43,281 bases of DNA from a virus. Taxonomy: Duplodnaviria > Heunggongvirae > Uroviricota > Caudoviricetes. Positions 27,186-36,826 of the stretch are shown piece after piece. The stretch's first letter is position 1; every line of letters begins with the position of its first letter. The translations under genes were made by a program, and so were the position numbers. The DNA is taken from the IMG/VR virus record IMGVR_UViG_2909298281_000002, one strand, 5' to 3'. The notes beneath the pieces are model-generated. The model worked only from the letters and a program-made list of their open reading frames with translations. It ran no database searches and had not been told where the DNA came from.

Positions 27186-30100
27186 TTTGGGGATTGATGC
27201 GGCAGAGTTTAAAAATGAAATTCCCCGTATCAAAAACCTTCTGAATGGTGCCGCCAGCGATGCAGAACGGTCTTCTGCCCGTATGCAGCGTTTTATGGAG
27301 CGTCAGACTCAGGCCGCCCGGCAGACAACGCAGGCGGCTTCTTCGGCTGCAACAGCCGCCTCCGTCCATGCGCAGACGGTGGAGAAGAACGCACAGGCTC
27401 ATGAACGCATGGCCCGCGAGGTGGAGAAAACCTGCCAGCGCATGGAGGCGCTGGGCCAGAAAATGCGCGAGGAACAGGCGCAGGCCATGGCTCTGGCGGA
27501 GGCTCAGGATAAAGCGGCTGCTGCGTTTTATCGTCAGATTGACAGTGTGAAACAGGCCAGTGCGGGGCTGCAGGAATTACAGCGTATTCAGCAGCAGATC
27601 CGACAGGCCAGAAACAGTGGCGGGATTGGTCAGCAGGATTATCTGGCGCTGATTTCTGAGGTTACGGCGAAAACCCGTGTTCTTACACAGGCTGAGGAAG
27701 AGGCTACCCGACAGAAAGTGGCGTTTATCCGTCAGCTTAAAGAGCAGGCAACCCGCCAGAATCTTTCTTCTTCTGAGTTGCTTCGTGCTAAGGCTGCCCA
27801 GCTGGGGGTAAGCAGTGCTGCAGAAGTGTATATCCGCAAAATGGAGCAGGCAGGAAAAGCCACGCATTCGCTGGGTCTGAAAAGTGCAGCGGCCCGCCAG
27901 GAGATAGGCGTTCTGATAGGTGAACTGGCTCGCGGCAATTTAGGTGCGCTGAGGGGATCCGGGATAACGCTGGCTAACCGTGCCGGATGGATAGACACAC
28001 TGATGTCACCGAAAGGCATGATGCTGGGCGGGGTTATTGGCGGTATTGCCGCGGCCGTCTATGGTCTGGGTAAAGCCTGGTATGACGGTCAGAAGGAGGG
28101 GGAAGAATTTAACCGCCAGTTGTCGCTGACGGGGCATTATGCCGGAGTCACTGCCGGGCAGCTGTGGACGCTTAGTCGTGCTATTTCCGGGAATGGTATC
28201 ACGCAACATGCTGCAGCCGGTGCGCTGGCTCAGGTGGTGGGGAGTGGTGCATTTCGTGGAAACGATATCGGTATGGTGGCGAGAGCTGCCGCACAGATGG
28301 AGCGATCGGTTGGCCAGTCGGTCAGCGATACCATAAATCAGTTTAAGCGGCTGAAGGATGATCCTGTAAATGCCGCGAAGGCTCTGGACAATGAGCTGCA
28401 TTTTCTTACTGCCACTCAGCTTGAGCAGATACGTGTCCTTGGGGATCAGGGACGGTCCAGTGATGCTGCACGGATAGCCATGTCTGCACTGGCAGAGGAA
28501 ACCGGTCGGCGTACTGCGGATATTGATAATAACCTCAATGCGCTTGGCAGTACGCTGAAGTATCTGTCTGATTTGTGGAGTCGTTTCTGGGATGCGGCCA
28601 TGAATATTGGTCGTGAAGACTCGCTGGATGAACAGATTGCCGCTTTACAGGAGAAAGTGTCGCGGGCGAAAAGACTCCCCTGGACGGCATCATCTTCTCA
28701 GGTTGAATACGATCAGCAGCGTCTTAACGATCTTCAGGAGAAAAAACGCCAGAAGGATTTGCAGGATGCAAAAGAGCAGGCAGAGCGGAATTATCAGGAG
28801 CAACAGAAACGACGTAATGCTGAAAATGCTGCACTGAACCGGATGAATGAAACGGAAGCAGCACGACATCAGCGTGAAATTGCGCGTATTAATGCCATGC
28901 AGTACGCCGACCAGGCTGTCAGGGATGCGGCGATACAACGTGAAAATGAACGTTACGAGAAAGCCCTGGCATCCGGTAAGAAAAAAACACGCGAAACCCG
29001 TAATGATGAGGCCACCCGGTTATTGCTGCAGTACAGTCAGCAACAGGCACAGGTGGAAGGGCAGATTGCTGCTGCAAGACAGTCAGCAGGCATTGCCACT
29101 GAAAAGATGACAGAAGCGCATAAACAGCTTCTGGCTCTGCAGCAGCGCATCAGCGACCTGGGCGGGAAAAAACTGACGGCAGATGAAAAGAGTGTGCTGG
29201 CCCGTAAAGATGAACTGATTCAGGCACTGACGCTGCTGGATGTAAAACAGCAGGAGCTTCAGAAACAGACGGCACTCAACGAGCTGAAGAAAAAAACAAT
29301 TCAGCTGACCAGTCAACTGGCTGAAGAAGAGCGCGCTCAGCGTCAGCAACATGACCTGGATATCGCCACGGTGGGTATGGGTGATCAGCAGAGGCAGCGA
29401 TATCAGGTACAACTGAGTCTTCGCCAGAAATACCAGCAACAGCTGGAGCAGTTGAGGCGGGATAGTGAGCAGAAAGGGACATATAACACGGATGACTACA
29501 GAAAGGCCGAGCAGGCGCTGACGGAGAGCCTGAACCGACAACTGAATGAGAATCGCCGTTACTGGCAACAGCTTGAAATTGCTCAGGGTAACTGGAAAAA
29601 CGGTGCTATGCGGGCGTTTCAGAATTTCACGGCAGATGCGGATAATGCGGCAGGCACTGCTGAGCAGATGCTTACAGCGGCATTTAACAGTGCAGGTAAT
29701 GCACTGGCAACGTTCTGTACTACCGGAAAACTGAACTTCAAATCTTTTACCGCCTCGCTCCTTTCTGATCTGGCAAAAATCATGGCCCAGATGTCCATGA
29801 TGCAGGCAGTTAAGGGGATTGGTTCGGCGTTTGGCTGGGGGAGTGCAGCAACTGCCAGTGTGACGCCCAATGCTGATGGTGGTGTTTATCAGTCTGCTGA
29901 TTTGAGTCGCTACAGTGGCACGGTGGTTAACCGTCCGACGTTTTTTGCTTTTGCAAAAGGTGCAGGTGTGATGGGGGAAGCTGGGCCTGAAGCCATTCTG
30001 CCTCTGCGTCGTGGTGCTGACGGTAAGCTGGGGGTTGTGGCGGATATTGGTGGTTCAGGTATGGCGATGTTTGCCCCGCAGTACAACATCGAGATCAATA

Positions 30101-30231
30101 ACGATGGCACGAACGGGCAGATAGGTCCGGCTGCCCTGAAGGTGGTTTATGACCTCGGGAAAAAAGCGGCAGCGGACTTTATGCAACAGCAGTCCCGTGA
30201 TGGTGGTCGGTTAAGTGGAGCATATCGGTAA
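27157..30231 (+). CDS. H: tail tape measure protein (lambda H-like)
   Basis: 1024 aa from the ATG at 27157 (GGAGG 8 nt upstream); long coiled-coil, Gln/Ala-rich central region; position between G-T and M. Confidence 0.9.
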   Translation: MDQIANLVIDLGIDAAEFKNEIPRIKNLLNGAASDAERSSARMQRFMERQTQAARQTTQAASSAATAASVHAQTVEKNAQAHERMAREVEKTCQRMEALGQKMREEQAQAMALAEAQDKAAAAFYRQIDSVKQASAGLQELQRIQQQIRQARNSGGIGQQDYLALISEVTAKTRVLTQAEEEATRQKVAFIRQLKEQATRQNLSSSELLRAKAAQLGVSSAAEVYIRKMEQAGKATHSLGLKSAAARQEIGVLIGELARGNLGALRGSGITLANRAGWIDTLMSPKGMMLGGVIGGIAAAVYGLGKAWYDGQKEGEEFNRQLSLTGHYAGVTAGQLWTLSRAISGNGITQHAAAGALAQVVGSGAFRGNDIGMVARAAAQMERSVGQSVSDTINQFKRLKDDPVNAAKALDNELHFLTATQLEQIRVLGDQGRSSDAARIAMSALAEETGRRTADIDNNLNALGSTLKYLSDLWSRFWDAAMNIGREDSLDEQIAALQEKVSRAKRLPWTASSSQVEYDQQRLNDLQEKKRQKDLQDAKEQAERNYQEQQKRRNAENAALNRMNETEAARHQREIARINAMQYADQAVRDAAIQRENERYEKALASGKKKTRETRNDEATRLLLQYSQQQAQVEGQIAAARQSAGIATEKMTEAHKQLLALQQRISDLGGKKLTADEKSVLARKDELIQALTLLDVKQQELQKQTALNELKKKTIQLTSQLAEEERAQRQQHDLDIATVGMGDQQRQRYQVQLSLRQKYQQQLEQLRRDSEQKGTYNTDDYRKAEQALTESLNRQLNENRRYWQQLEIAQGNWKNGAMRAFQNFTADADNAAGTAEQMLTAAFNSAGNALATFCTTGKLNFKSFTASLLSDLAKIMAQMSMMQAVKGIGSAFGWGSAATASVTPNADGGVYQSADLSRYSGTVVNRPTFFAFAKGAGVMGEAGPEAILPLRRGADGKLGVVADIGGSGMAMFAPQYNIEINNDGTNGQIGPAALKVVYDLGKKAAADFMQQQSRDGGRLSGAYR

Positions 30232-30560
30232 TGGAGACGTTTCACTGGAAAGTGCGCCCGGATATGAATGTGGTATCAGAGCCGAAAGTGGTGACAGTGA
30301 AGCTGGGCGATGGTTATGAACAGCGTCGTGCGGCGGGACTGAATAACCAGTTGTCGACTTACAGCGTGACGATACGTGTTCGTAAATGTGAACACCCATC
30401 TTTAAAAGCCTTTCTGGAACGGCACGGTGGCGTCCGCGCATTTCAGTGGACGCCACCTTATGACTGGAAGCCGATCAGGGTGGTTTGTCGTAAATGGTCG
30501 GCAAGCGTGGGGGCGCTGTGGGTAACCATAACGGCAGATTTTGAACAGGTCGTGGCATAG
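30231..30560 (+). CDS. M: minor tail protein M
   Basis: 109 aa, same length as lambda M and close similarity; ATG overlaps the H stop (TAATG). Confidence 0.9.
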   Translation: METFHWKVRPDMNVVSEPKVVTVKLGDGYEQRRAAGLNNQLSTYSVTIRVRKCEHPSLKAFLERHGGVRAFQWTPPYDWKPIRVVCRKWSASVGALWVTITADFEQVVA

Positions 30561-30569
30561 GAGGCCCTG

Positions 30570-31268
30570 ATGCAGGATATTTCACAGGAAACACATCATG
30601 AGACGACACGCCTCACTCAGTCAGCCCAGGTGGTGCTCTGGGAAATCGATCTGACAGTGGTCGGTGGTGAACGTTATTTTTTCTGTAATGAGCAGAACGA
30701 TAAAGGTGAGCCGGTCACCTGGCAGGGGCGACAGTATCAGGCGTATCCCATTCAGGGGACGGGATTTGAACTGAACGGCAAAGGCAGTGCTGCCCGTCCG
30801 ACACTGACGGTTTCTAACCTGCACGGCATGGTCACCGGGATGGCGGAAGACCTGCAGAGTCTGGTCGGAGGAACGGTGGTCCGGCGTAAGGTTTACGCCC
30901 GTTTTCTGGATGCGGTGAACTTCGTCAACGGAAACAGTGACGCCGATCCGGAGCAGGAGGTGATCAGCCGCTGGCGCATCGAGCAGTGCAGTGAACTGAG
31001 CGCGGTGAGTGCCTCTTTTGTACTGTCCACGCCGACGGAAACGGACGGTGCCGTTTTTCCGGGACGTATCATGCTGGCCAACATCTGCACCTGGACCTAT
31101 CGCGGTGATGAGTGCGGTTATCACGGTCCGGCGGTCGCGGATGAATATGATCAGCTGACGTCCGATATCACGAAGGATAAATGCAGCAAATGCCTGAGCG
31201 GCTGTAAGTTTCGCAATAACGTCGGCAACTTTGGCGGCTTCCTTTCCATTAACAAACTTTCGCAGTGA
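30570..31268 (+). CDS. L: minor tail protein L
   Basis: 232 aa, near-identical to lambda L as recalled (MQDI.QET...VVLWEIDLT.VGGERYFFCNEQN.KGEPVTWQGRQYQ). Confidence 0.95.
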   Translation: MQDISQETHHETTRLTQSAQVVLWEIDLTVVGGERYFFCNEQNDKGEPVTWQGRQYQAYPIQGTGFELNGKGSAARPTLTVSNLHGMVTGMAEDLQSLVGGTVVRRKVYARFLDAVNFVNGNSDADPEQEVISRWRIEQCSELSAVSASFVLSTPTETDGAVFPGRIMLANICTWTYRGDECGYHGPAVADEYDQLTSDITKDKCSKCLSGCKFRNNVGNFGGFLSINKLSQ

Positions 31269-31273
31269 ATCCC

Positions 31274-32017
31274 ATGACAGAGACAGAATCAGCGATTCTG
31301 GTGCACGCCCGGCGATGTGCGCCAGCGGAGTCGTGCGGCTTCGTGGTGAGAACACCGGAGGGGGAAAGATATTTTCCCTGCGTGAATATATCCGGTGAGC
31401 CGGAGGAGTATTTCCGGATGTCGCCGGAGGACTGGCTGAGTGCAGAAATGCAGGGAGAGATTGTGGCGCTGGTCCACAGCCACCCCGGTGGTCTGCCCTG
31501 GCTGAGTGAGGCCGACCGGCGGCTGCAGGTGCAGAGTGATTTGCCGTGGTGGCTGGTCTGCCGGGGGGCGATTCATAAATTCCGCTGTGTGCCGCATCTC
31601 ACCGGGCGGCGCTTTGAGCACGGGGTGACGGACTGTTACACGCTGTTCCGGGACGCTTACCATCTGGCGGGGATTGAGATGCCGGATTTTCATCGCGGGG
31701 ATGACTGGTGGCGTCACGGTCAGAATCTCTATCTGGATAATCTGGAGGCCACAGGGTTGTATCAGGTGCCGTTGTCATCAGCACAACCGGGCGATGTGCT
31801 GCTGTGCTGCTTTGGTTCATCGGTGCCGAATCATGCCGCCATTTACTGTGGTGACGGCGAGCTGCTGCACCATATTCCTGAACAACTGAGCAAACGAGAG
31901 AGGTATACCGACAAATGGCAGCGACGCACACACTCCCTCTGGCGTCACCGGGCATGGCGCGCATCTGCCTTTACGGGGATTTACAACGATTTGGCCGCCG
32001 CATCGATCTGCGTGTGA
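31274..32017 (+). CDS. K: tail tip assembly protein K (JAB/MPN-like plus NlpC/P60-like domains)
   Basis: Lambda K-like; JAMM-type motif HSHPGGLPWLSEAD. Start uncertain: the ATG at 31274 gives 247 aa, an internal ATG gives the 199 aa usually quoted for lambda K. Confidence 0.8.
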   Translation: MTETESAILVHARRCAPAESCGFVVRTPEGERYFPCVNISGEPEEYFRMSPEDWLSAEMQGEIVALVHSHPGGLPWLSEADRRLQVQSDLPWWLVCRGAIHKFRCVPHLTGRRFEHGVTDCYTLFRDAYHLAGIEMPDFHRGDDWWRHGQNLYLDNLEATGLYQVPLSSAQPGDVLLCCFGSSVPNHAAIYCGDGELLHHIPEQLSKRERYTDKWQRRTHSLWRHRAWRASAFTGIYNDLAAASICV

Positions 32018-32556
32018 AAACGGGGGCCGAAGCCATCCGGGCGCTGGCCATGCAGATCCCGGCGTTTCGTCAGAAGCTGAGCGACGGCTGGTATCAGGTA
32101 CGCATTGCCGGGCGTGATACAGGTGAAACGGAATTATCAGCCCGTCTTAATGAACCGCTGGCAAATGGTGCTGTGATCCATATCGTGCCGCGTCTGGCGG
32201 GAGCCAAAAGTGGCGGTGTGTTTCAGGCTGTGCTGGGGGCGGCTGTTATGGCGGTTGCTATATGGATGCCGGGGGTAGGAATTATGGCGAGTAATCTGCT
32301 GTTTTCTCTCGGTGCCAGTATGACGCTTGGCGGTGTTGCACAGATGCTGGCCCCTAAACCCAAAACCCCCCGCACACAGACAACGGATAACGGCAAACAG
32401 AACACCTATTTTTCTTCACTGGATAACATGGTTGCCCAGGGCAATGTTCTGCCTGTTCTGTACGGTGAAATGCGCGTGGGGTCACGCGTGGTTTCTCAGG
32501 AGATCAGCACGGCAGACGAAGGGGATGGTGGTCAGGTTGTGGTGATTGGTCGCTGA
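31915..32556 (+). CDS. I: tail tip assembly protein I
   Basis: 213 aa; N- and C-terminal regions near-identical to lambda I (MAATHTLPLASPGMARICLYGDLQRFGRRIDLRVKTGAEAIRALA...); overlaps the K 3' end. Confidence 0.9.
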   Translation: MAATHTLPLASPGMARICLYGDLQRFGRRIDLRVKTGAEAIRALAMQIPAFRQKLSDGWYQVRIAGRDTGETELSARLNEPLANGAVIHIVPRLAGAKSGGVFQAVLGAAVMAVAIWMPGVGIMASNLLFSLGASMTLGGVAQMLAPKPKTPRTQTTDNGKQNTYFSSLDNMVAQGNVLPVLYGEMRVGSRVVSQEISTADEGDGGQVVVIGR

Positions 32557-32616
32557 TGCAAAATGTTTTATGTGAAACCGCCTGCGGGCGGTTTTGTCGT
32601 TTATGGAGCGTGAGGA

Positions 32617-35600
32617 ATGGGTAAAGGAAGCAGTAAGGGGCATACCCCGCGCGAAGCGAAGGACAACCTGAAGTCCACGCAGTTGCTGAGTGTGATTGAT
32701 GCCATCAGTGAAGGGCCGATTGAAGGTCCGGTGGATGGATTAAAAAGCGTGCTGCTGAACAGTACGCCGGTGCTGGACAGTGATGGGAATACCAACATCG
32801 CCGGTGTCACGGTGGTGTTCCGGGCCGGTGAGCAGGAGCAGACTCCGCCGGAGGGATTTGAATCCTCCGGCTCCGAGACGGTGTTGGGTACGGAAGTGAA
32901 ATACGACACGCCGATCACCCGCGCCATCACGTCGGCAAACATCGACCGACTGCGCTTTACCTTCGGTGTGCAGGCACTGGTGGAAACCACCTCAAAGGGG
33001 GACCGGAATCCGTCGGAAGTTCGCCTGCTGGTTCAGATACAGCGTAATGGTGGCTGGGTGACGGAAAAAGACATCACCATTAAGGGCAAAACCACCTCGC
33101 AGTATCTGGCCTCGGTGGTGGTGGATAACCTGCCGCCGCGCCCGTTTAATATCCGGATGCGCAGAATGACGCCGGACAGCACCACAGACCAGCTGCAGAA
33201 CAAAACGCTCTGGTCGTCATACACCGAAATCATCGATGTGAAACAGTGCTACCCGAACACGGCACTGGTCGGCGTGCAGGTGGACTCGGAACAGTTCGGC
33301 AGCCAGCAGGTGAGCCGTAATTATCATCTTCGCGGGCGCATTCTGCAGGTGCCGTCGAACTATAACCCGCAGACGCGGCAATACAGCGGTATCTGGGACG
33401 GAACGTTTAAGCCAGCATACAGCAACAACATGGCCTGGTGTCTGTGGGATATGCTGACCCATCCGCGCTACGGCATGGGGAAACGTCTTGGTGCGGCGGA
33501 TGTGGACAAATGGGCGCTGTATGTCATCGGCCAGAATTGCGACCAGTCGGTGCCGGATGGCTTTGGTGGCACGGAGCCGCGCATCACCTGTAATGCCTGG
33601 CTGACCACACAGCGCAAGGCGTGGGATGTTCTCAGTGATTTCTGCTCGGCGATGCGCTGTATGCCGGTATGGAACGGGCAGACGCTGACGTTCGTGCAGG
33701 ACCGACCGTCGGATAAGGTGTGGGCCTATAACCGCAGTAATGTGGTGATGCCGGATGATGGCGCGCCGTTCCGCTACAGCTTCAGTGCCCTGAAGGACCG
33801 TCATAATGCCGTTGAGGTGAACTGGATTGACCCGGATAACGGCTGGGAGACGGCGACAGAGCTTGTTGAAGATACGCAGGCCATTCTCCGTTACGGTCGT
33901 AACGTCACGAAGATGGATGCCTTTGGCTGTACCAGCCGGGGCAGGCGCACCGCGCCGGGCTGTGGCTGATTAAAACGGAACTACTGGAAACGCAGACCGT
34001 GGACTTCAGCGTGGGTGCGGAAGGGCTTCGCCATGTGCCGGGCGATGTCATTGAAATCTGCGATGATGACTATGCGGGGATCAGCACCGGCGGGCGCGTG
34101 CTGGCGGTGAACAGCCAGACCCGGACGCTGACGCTCGACCGTGAAATCACGCTGCCATCCTCCGGTACCACGCTGATAAGCCTGGTTGACGGAAGTGGCA
34201 ATCCGGTCAGCGTGGAGGTCCAGTCCGTCACCGACGGCGTGAAGGTAAAAGTGAGCCGTGTTCCTGACGGCGTTGCCGGATACAGCGTATGGGGGCTGAA
34301 GCTGCCGACGCTGCGCCAGCGCCTGTTCCGCTGCGTGAGTATCCGTGAGAACGACGACGGCACGTATGCCATCACCGCCGTGCAGCATGTACCGGAAAAA
34401 GAAGCCATCGTGGATAACGGGGCGCACTTTGACGGCGACCAGAGCGGCACGGTGAATGGTGTCACGCCGCCAGCGGTGCAGCACCTGACCGCAGAAGTCA
34501 CCGCAGACAGTGGGGAATACCAGGTGCTGGCGCGATGGGACACACCGAAGGTGGTGAAGGGCGTGAGCTTCCTGCTCCGTCTGACCGTAACAGCGGACGA
34601 CGGCAGTGAGCGGCTGGTCAGCACGGCCCGGACGACGGAAACCACATACCGCTTCACGCAACTGGCGCTGGGGAACTACAGGCTGACAGTCCGGGCGGTA
34701 AATGCCCGGGGGCAGCAGGGTGATCCGGCGTCGGTATCGTTCCGGATTGCCGCACCGGCAGCACCGTCGAGGATTGAGCTGACGCCGGGCTATTTTCAGA
34801 TAACCGCCACGCCGCATCTTGCTGTTTATGACCCGACGGTACAGTTTGAGTTCTGGTTCTCGGAAAAGCGGATTACCGATATCAGGCAGGTTGAAACCAC
34901 AGCCCGCTATCTTGGTACGGCGCTGTACTGGATAGCCGCCAGTATCAATATCAAACCGGGCCATGATTATTACTTTTATATCCGCAGTGTGAACACCGTT
35001 GGCAAATCGGCATTCGTGGAGGCTGTCGGTCGGGCGAGCGATGATGCGGAAGGTTACCTGGATTTTTTCAAAGGAGAAATCGGGAAAACACATCTGGCCC
35101 AGGAGCTGTGGACGCAGATTGATAACGGTCAGCTTGCGCCGGACCTGGCTGAAATCAGGACGTCCATTACGAATGTCAGCAATGAAATCACGCAGACCGT
35201 CAATAAAAAACTGGAAGACCAGAGTGCGGCAATCCAGCAGATACAGAAAGTTCAGGTTGATACAAATAATAACCTGAACAGCATGTGGGCCGTGAAACTG
35301 CAGCAGATGAAGGACGGACGCCTTTATATTGCGGGTATCGGAGCCGGTATTGAGAATACGCCAGCAGGTATGCAGAGTCAGGTGCTTCTGGCTGCTGACC
35401 GGATTGCGATGATTAATCCTGCGAATGGCAACACAAAGCCGATGTTTGTTGGTCAGGGCGATCAGATATTCATGAACGACGTGTTCCTGAAACGCCTGAC
35501 GGCTCCGACCATTACCAGTGGCGGTAATCCTCCGGCATTTTCCCTGACACCGGACGGGCGGCTGACGGCGAAAAATGCCGATATCAGCGGTAACGTGAAT

Positions 35601-36095
35601 GCGAACTCCGGGGCGCTCAACAACGTCACGATTAACGAGAACTGTCGGGTTCTGGGAAAATTGTCCGCCAACCAGATTGAAGGCGATCTCGTTAAAACAG
35701 TGGGCAAAGCTTTCCCCCGGGACTCCCGTGCACCGGAACGGTGGCCATCAGGGACCATCACCGTCAGGGTTTATGACGATCAGCCGTTTGACCGGCAGAT
35801 TGTTATTCCGGCGGTGGCATTCAGCGGCGCTAAACATGAGCGGGAGAATAACGATATTTATTCGTCATGCCGCCTGATAGTACGGAAAAACGGTGCTGAA
35901 ATTTATAACCGTACCGCGCTGGATAATACGCTGATTTACAGTGGTGTTATTGATATGCCAGCTGGTCGCGGCCACATGACGCTGGAGTTTTCGGTGTCAT
36001 CATGGCTGGTAAATGACTGGTATCCCACAGCAAGTATCAGCGATTTGCTGGTTGTGGTGATGAAGAAAGCCACCGCAGGCATCAGTATCAGCTGA
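32617..36095 (+). pseudogene. J: tail tip / host-specificity protein J, split by a 1-nt deletion in a G-run (frameshift at 33938–33941)
   Basis: Track ORFs 32617–33969 (450 aa) and 33999–36095 (698 aa) together cover lambda J. The second frame is open from 33903 and reads ...[29 protein letters not shown] as in lambda. The run CCGGGGCAGG has four G where lambda has five as I recall, giving [12 protein letters not shown]-stop. The C-terminal 250 aa diverge from lambda. Confidence 0.7.
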
Positions 36096-36113
36096 ATTTT
36101 ATAACCCATATAC

Positions 36114-36140
36114 GGGCGCCAGAAATGGCGCCTTTTTTAT
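36114..36140 (+). terminator. intrinsic terminator after J
   Basis: GGCGCC-agaaat-GGCGCC hairpin followed by TTTTTTATT. Confidence 0.7.
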
Positions 36141-36162
36141 TGCAGAAAAGCGAGAGGTAATT

Positions 36163-36762
36163 ATGCGTAAAGTTTGTGCAGCCATTTTGTCCGCAGCCAT
36201 CTGTCTGGCCGTATCCGGTGCGCCTGCATGGGCGTCTGAGCAGCAGGCCACGCTGAGCGCAGGGTATCTTCATGCCCGTACGAACGCTTCCGGCAGCGAT
36301 AATCTGAACGGGATTAACGTGAAATACCGTTATGAGTTTACGGACACGCTGGGGCTGATTACGTCATTCAGTTATGCCAACGCTGAAGATGAGCAAAAAA
36401 CGCATTACAGCGATACCCGCTGGCATGAAGATTCCGTTCGTAACCGCTGGTTCAGCGTAATGGCGGGGCCGTCTGTGCGCGTGAATGAATGGTTCAGCGC
36501 GTATGCGATGGCGGGTGTAGCTTACAGCCGTGTGTCGACTTTCTCCGGGGATTATCTTCGCGTAACTGACAACAAGGGGAAAAAGCACGATGTGCTGACC
36601 GGAAGTGATGACGGTCGCCACAGCAACACGTCTCTGGCGTGGGGGGCTGGCGTGCAGTTTAACCCGACCGAATCCGTGGCCATTGATATTGCTTATGAAG
36701 GCTCCGGCAGTGGTGACTGGCGCACTGACGGTTTCATCGTGGGTGTCGGTTATAAATTCTGA
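36163..36762 (+). CDS. lom: outer-membrane protein Lom (Ail/Lom family)
   Basis: 199 aa with signal peptide; C-terminus ...VDIAYEGSGSGDWRTDGFIVGVGYKF identical to lambda Lom as recalled; GAGAGG Shine-Dalgarno. Confidence 0.9.
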   Translation: MRKVCAAILSAAICLAVSGAPAWASEQQATLSAGYLHARTNASGSDNLNGINVKYRYEFTDTLGLITSFSYANAEDEQKTHYSDTRWHEDSVRNRWFSVMAGPSVRVNEWFSAYAMAGVAYSRVSTFSGDYLRVTDNKGKKHDVLTGSDDGRHSNTSLAWGAGVQFNPTESVAIDIAYEGSGSGDWRTDGFIVGVGYKF

Positions 36763-36788
36763 TTAGCCAGGTAACACAGTGTTATGAC

Positions 36789-36816
36789 AGCCCGCCGGTT
36801 CAGGCGGGCTTTTTTG
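36789..36816 (+). terminator. intrinsic terminator after lom
   Basis: AGCCCGCC-ggttca-GGCGGGCT hairpin followed by five T. Confidence 0.7.
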
Positions 36817-36826
36817 TGGGGTGAAT

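Noticed and set aside
33217-35093. Minus-strand ORFs of 195 aa and 370 aa antisense to J; likewise the 244-aa ORF at 30621–31355 antisense to L.
   Set aside because: They are antisense to genes with strong lambda homology in GC-rich DNA; their products are Arg/Pro-rich, typical of spurious antisense frames.
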